DNA of 25,252 nucleotides from an uncultured delta proteobacterium (GTDB lineage: Bacteria; Myxococcota; Myxococcia; Myxococcales; Anaeromyxobacteraceae), in the NCBI GenBank assembly GCA_963828255.1, contig CAWHDZ010000032.1, positions 1 through 25,252 on the forward strand, written 5' to 3'. The translations under genes and the position numbers were made by a program. The notes under the pieces are model-generated. The model saw nothing but the letters and a program-made list of their open reading frames with translations, had not been told where the DNA came from and did not search any database. The number at the start of each line of letters is the position of its first letter. Positions within the stretch are counted from its first letter, which is position 1. Positions 21,944 to 25,252 of this stretch are shown here, one piece after another.

Positions 21944-22186
21944 GTCGTCGCCGATCACGACACCGGCGGCTTCGCCGTGAACGGCCCGCAGGCGGCGCTG
22001 CTCCAGGCCGGTGGCACGGTCGAGGCGGGCTGGACGACGGGCAACCACACCGGGGTCGACACGCTCATCTGGAGCGCGGGCCGAGCAGGGGGGGCGGGCA
22101 GCAAGGCGCTGGCGCGCGCCATCGGCAACACCGAGATCTACGGGGTCATGGTAAGGGGCAAGGCCCTGGGCGACGCGAAGGAATAG
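21944..22186 (+). pseudogene. C-terminal remnant of a PhoA-family alkaline phosphatase
   Basis: VVADHDTGG...WTTGNHTGVD...IGNTEIYGVM matches the family's ADH(E)TGG, HT and DNT motifs. The N-terminal part, including the catalytic Ser, is absent. Confidence 0.75.
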
Positions 22187-22195
22187 GCGCAGCCT

Positions 22196-24055
22196 TCATC
22201 TCCGGTGGTGGTCGGGGCGCTGGGCGTCCTTGCCCCCGCCCCAGCGGGCCTCCTCGCCACCGTCGTCGAGCAGCTGGAACGAGTTCACGTCGTCGGCCAC
22301 CTGGGAGCGGAGCTGGGAGAGCACAAGCCGTCGCGCCGCCGGGTCCTTCACCGGGAAGAAGAGCTCGTAGCGCCGGTCGAAGTTGCGCGGCATGGCGTCG
22401 AGGCTCCCGGCGAAGACCAGCCAGCGGCCGCCGTTCTTGAAGGCGGCCACCCGGGCGTGCTCGAGGAAGCGCCCCACCAGGCTCTTCGCGTGGACCCCGG
22501 CGGCGATCTCGGTGAGCGTGGTCCGGGCGAGCAGGTCCACCCGGGCCCCGGCCTTGGCCGCGTTGCGAAGGGCGGTCAGGATCTGCGGGTCGGTCACGTG
22601 GTTGAACTTGAAGATCAGGTGGCCGCCCGGATGTGACTCGGAGTGAATCCGGTCGAGGAGCAGCCTCCGGATGGACGCCCCGGTGCGCAGCTCGGTCATG
22701 CGCGGAGTCCTTCCCATCTCGAGCGCGTCGAAGAAGCGCTTCACGTCGCGGGTCAGGGCGGGGTCGGCGGTGAAGAGCGAGAAGTCGGTGTAGAGCCGGG
22801 CGTTGCGGGTGTTGTAGTTGCCGGTTCCCAGGTGGACGAACTCGCGCCGCCCGCGCCTCACCCAGATGGCCTTGGCGTGCACCTTGCGCGACGGCAGCGG
22901 GAGCACCCGGACGCCTGAGTTCTGGAACCGCAGGCCCCATTCCAGGTTCTGCAGCTCGTCGAAGCGGGCGCGGGCCTCGAGGAGCACCGCCACGTCCTTG
23001 CCTGCCCGGGAGGCCTCGATGAGCGACTCGGCCAGCACGTTGTCGTCCCCCACCCTGTAGAGGGTGGCGCGCATGGCGGTGACCTCGGGGTCCCGCGCCG
23101 CGGCCCGTGCGAAGTCCTCCACCGCGTCGTACCCCTGGTACGGGTGGTAGATCATCTGGTCGCGCAGGCCGATGCGCCGGAACGGGTTGGTCGAGAACCC
23201 CGGGATGAGCCACGGGCGCAGCGCGCCGAACTTGAGCCGCGACGGGGCGCCGTCCACCAGCGTGGAGACCATGCGCAGGTCGAGGGGCGGCTCGATCCGG
23301 AAGACCTCGTCGGCCTCCAGCCCGAGCGCGATTCGGATCGACTCGGACCAGTGGGTCGGGAAGTTCTTCTCCACCTCCAGGTGGCTGGGGCGGCCGTCGA
23401 GACGGGTCTCGAGAGCGGCGGGGAGGTCTTCCCAGTCGAGCCCCAACTGGTCGATGGCGGCGAGCCGGATGGCCCGGAGCTCGTGCAGCTCCTGGTCGCG
23501 CCCGTCGAGGAAGAGGTCGCTGCGAAGCCGGAGCAGCTCGCCCAGCCGGACGTAGGTTCCGTCGCGCCCGGGGATCTCCACGAGGCGCGGCAAGCTCTCC
23601 GGGAGGCGCACCAGGTGCTCGAGGACGCCGAGCCCGGTGGCGAAGTAGAGCGCCCCGGTCCGGATCTCGCGCACGGCGTCGGCCCGGAGCACGTCGGTCC
23701 GCGGGGCGACCTCCTCGGCCAGGAAGGCGCCGAAGTAGTCGAGCTCCTCCTTCGTGAGGGACGACACCGCGACGATGCGGATCCCGAAGGCCTCGAGCTC
23801 GCCGAGGAACGACCGGTAGGTCTCGCTGGCGGCCTCGGCCTGGAGACGGGCCTCCTGGAGCAGCCGCTGGTAGTCGGCCGTGCCCCGTTCCTCCAGGAAC
23901 GGCCTGGAGATGCGGGCGGCGAAGAACTCGTCGAGATTGGAGGACCAGATGGAGAGGAAGCGGAGCCGCTCCATCATCGGGAAGTCGGCCCGCCGGGTCT
24001 GCTCGAGGACCCTCCGGTTGAATCGCAGCCAAGAAAGTTCCTGTTCGATGAGCAC
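22196..24055 (-). CDS. ppk1: Polyphosphate kinase 1 (about 619 aa)
   Basis: ELSWLRFNRRVL, SSNLDEFF, YHPY, TLYR, ARFDE, KVHAK, GTGNYN, GRFLEHAR and RNFDRRYE motifs. GTG 24055 follows GGGGGAGG; GTG 24079 is an alternative start. Confidence 0.93.
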   Translation of the reverse strand: MLIEQELSWLRFNRRVLEQTRRADFPMMERLRFLSIWSSNLDEFFAARISRPFLEERGTADYQRLLQEARLQAEAASETYRSFLGELEAFGIRIVAVSSLTKEELDYFGAFLAEEVAPRTDVLRADAVREIRTGALYFATGLGVLEHLVRLPESLPRLVEIPGRDGTYVRLGELLRLRSDLFLDGRDQELHELRAIRLAAIDQLGLDWEDLPAALETRLDGRPSHLEVEKNFPTHWSESIRIALGLEADEVFRIEPPLDLRMVSTLVDGAPSRLKFGALRPWLIPGFSTNPFRRIGLRDQMIYHPYQGYDAVEDFARAAARDPEVTAMRATLYRVGDDNVLAESLIEASRAGKDVAVLLEARARFDELQNLEWGLRFQNSGVRVLPLPSRKVHAKAIWVRRGRREFVHLGTGNYNTRNARLYTDFSLFTADPALTRDVKRFFDALEMGRTPRMTELRTGASIRRLLLDRIHSESHPGGHLIFKFNHVTDPQILTALRNAAKAGARVDLLARTTLTEIAAGVHAKSLVGRFLEHARVAAFKNGGRWLVFAGSLDAMPRNFDRRYELFFPVKDPAARRLVLSQLRSQVADDVNSFQLLDDGGEEARWGGGKDAQRPDHHRR

Positions 24056-24094
24056 GGGCCTCCCCCGGAGAGCCGACACTTCACCACACCCTGC

Positions 24095-24110
24095 GTGACG
24101 GGAGTGTGAC
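24095..24110 (-). promoter_or_regulatory. PHO box upstream of ppk1
   Basis: Minus strand GTCAC-ACTCCC-GTCAC, an exact 11-bp repeat about 40 nt upstream of the start. Confidence 0.7.
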
Positions 24111-24279
24111 GATGGGGGCCAGGAACCCTCCGGGGAGGCCCCGGCCGCCCCCCTCCTGCCGGGGTTCCGGGCACCCATTTGCACGCTTTTGCGGCAGATT
24201 TCGCCCGGAATCCGGGCCGATCGGGGCCAGGAAGCGTCGAGATGAGGCAGGCCTCTTGCAAAGGCAATAAGGTCGCCCC

Positions 24280-25252
24280 ATGCGCCTCCTCCTCCAGCAC
24301 GACACCGTTTACCGGTTCCCACGCCCGGCCGCGCTAGGGCCCCACCAGATCCGTCTGCGCCCGGCAAGCCACGCCAAGGCCCGGATCGAGACCTACTCGC
24401 TCCGCGTCAGCGAACCGGCCGAGGTCCGCTGGCAGCGCGACCCCACCGGGAACCAGGTGGCCCACGTCACCTTCCCGAAGGGCACCCTGCTGCCGGAGCT
24501 CTCGGTCCAGGTGGAGATGGCCGTGGACATCCGGCCGGTGAACCCCTTCGACTTCTTCGTGGACGACCGGTGCGAGGAGACGCCCTTCGCCTACCCGGAG
24601 GAGGTCCGGCCCGAGCTCGCGCCCTTCCTCGACCTCGAGGACCCGTCGCTCGCCGGGGGGCCGCTCCTCCAGGCCTTCCTCGACGAGGCGCCGGCCTCGG
24701 GCCGGACCATCCCTCTCGTGGTGGAGCTCAACCGGCTCGTGAACGAGCGGACCCGCTACGTGATCCGGGAGGAGGCGGGGGTCTGGACGCCGGAGGAGAC
24801 GCTCCGGCAGGGCAGGGGAAGCTGCCGCGACTCGGCGGTCCTGCTCGTGGCGGCGCTGCGCTCCCGGGGGCTCGCGGCCCGCTTCGTGTCCGGCTACCTC
24901 ATCCAGCTCACCGACGAGGGGATGATCCCGGACGAGCCCCGGGGCGTGGGGCGCGACGTGGTGGACCTGCACGCCTGGGCCGAGGTGTTCCTCCCCGGCG
25001 CCGGCTGGATCGGCCTCGACGCCACCAGCGGCCTCCTCTGCGGGGAAGGGCACATCCCGCTGGCCTGCGCGGCGCGCCCGGCGCTGGCCGCACCGGTGAT
25101 CGGCACCTCCGACGTGGGGGCCGATTCCTTCGCCTTCTCGATGCGGGTCATGCGGCTCGGCCACGAGGCCCGCCCGACCACGCCGTACTCCGAGGAGACC
25201 TGGCAGGCGCTCCTCGTCGCGTCAGACCGGGCCGACGCGACGCTCGCCGGGG
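24280..25252 (+). CDS. Transglutaminase-family protein (N-terminal part of the DUF2126-type long form; runs off the window)
   Basis: Not in the ORF track because there is no stop. MRLLLQHDTVYRFPRPAALGPHQIRLRPA..., NPFDFF, GSCRDSA, ARFVSGYLIQL and DLHAWAEVFLPGAGWIGLDATSG give the Cys-His-Asp triad. Confidence 0.9.
   Translation, partial: MRLLLQHDTVYRFPRPAALGPHQIRLRPASHAKARIETYSLRVSEPAEVRWQRDPTGNQVAHVTFPKGTLLPELSVQVEMAVDIRPVNPFDFFVDDRCEETPFAYPEEVRPELAPFLDLEDPSLAGGPLLQAFLDEAPASGRTIPLVVELNRLVNERTRYVIREEAGVWTPEETLRQGRGSCRDSAVLLVAALRSRGLAARFVSGYLIQLTDEGMIPDEPRGVGRDVVDLHAWAEVFLPGAGWIGLDATSGLLCGEGHIPLACAARPALAAPVIGTSDVGADSFAFSMRVMRLGHEARPTTPYSEETWQALLVASDRADATLAG

Noticed and set aside
24245..24260. 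Sigma-54 -24/-12 element AGGCAG-GCCTC-TTGCA before the transglutaminase gene
   Set aside because: GG-N10-GC spacing fits, but the -24 box is imperfect, and a TAAGGT -10 element 6 nt before the ATG explains the region equally well.

Overview
Very GC-rich bacterial DNA; the gene content suggests an Anaeromyxobacter/Myxococcota-like organism (inference only). In order, the window holds: the 5' end of an ABC substrate-binding protein gene, fadH, a convergent gene pair at 2410-4487, a lipoprotein, a THUMP RNA methyltransferase, a membrane GGDEF protein, a complete phosphate locus (phoB-phoR-porin-pstSCAB-phoU) with 11-bp-period PHO-box-like repeats, a glycosyltransferase/metallophosphoesterase cluster, a K+ transport region (RCK-domain channel and a broken KimA-like permease), an alkaline phosphatase remnant, ppk1 and a partial transglutaminase-family gene. 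The main find is the convergent pair, which the ORF track truncates. Each gene has an in-frame TGA followed by a SECIS-like hairpin. One is an exported thioredoxin-TPR protein with a WAPW-U-KT-C (UxxC) site. The other is a predicted outer-membrane beta-barrel with U directly after its signal peptide. Together they may form an envelope selenoprotein redox module. A second find is a mirror-symmetric divergent promoter at 19860-20022 that drives an unannotated 51-aa membrane protein. Several single-base indels suggest long-read errors, so key bases need checking in the reads.
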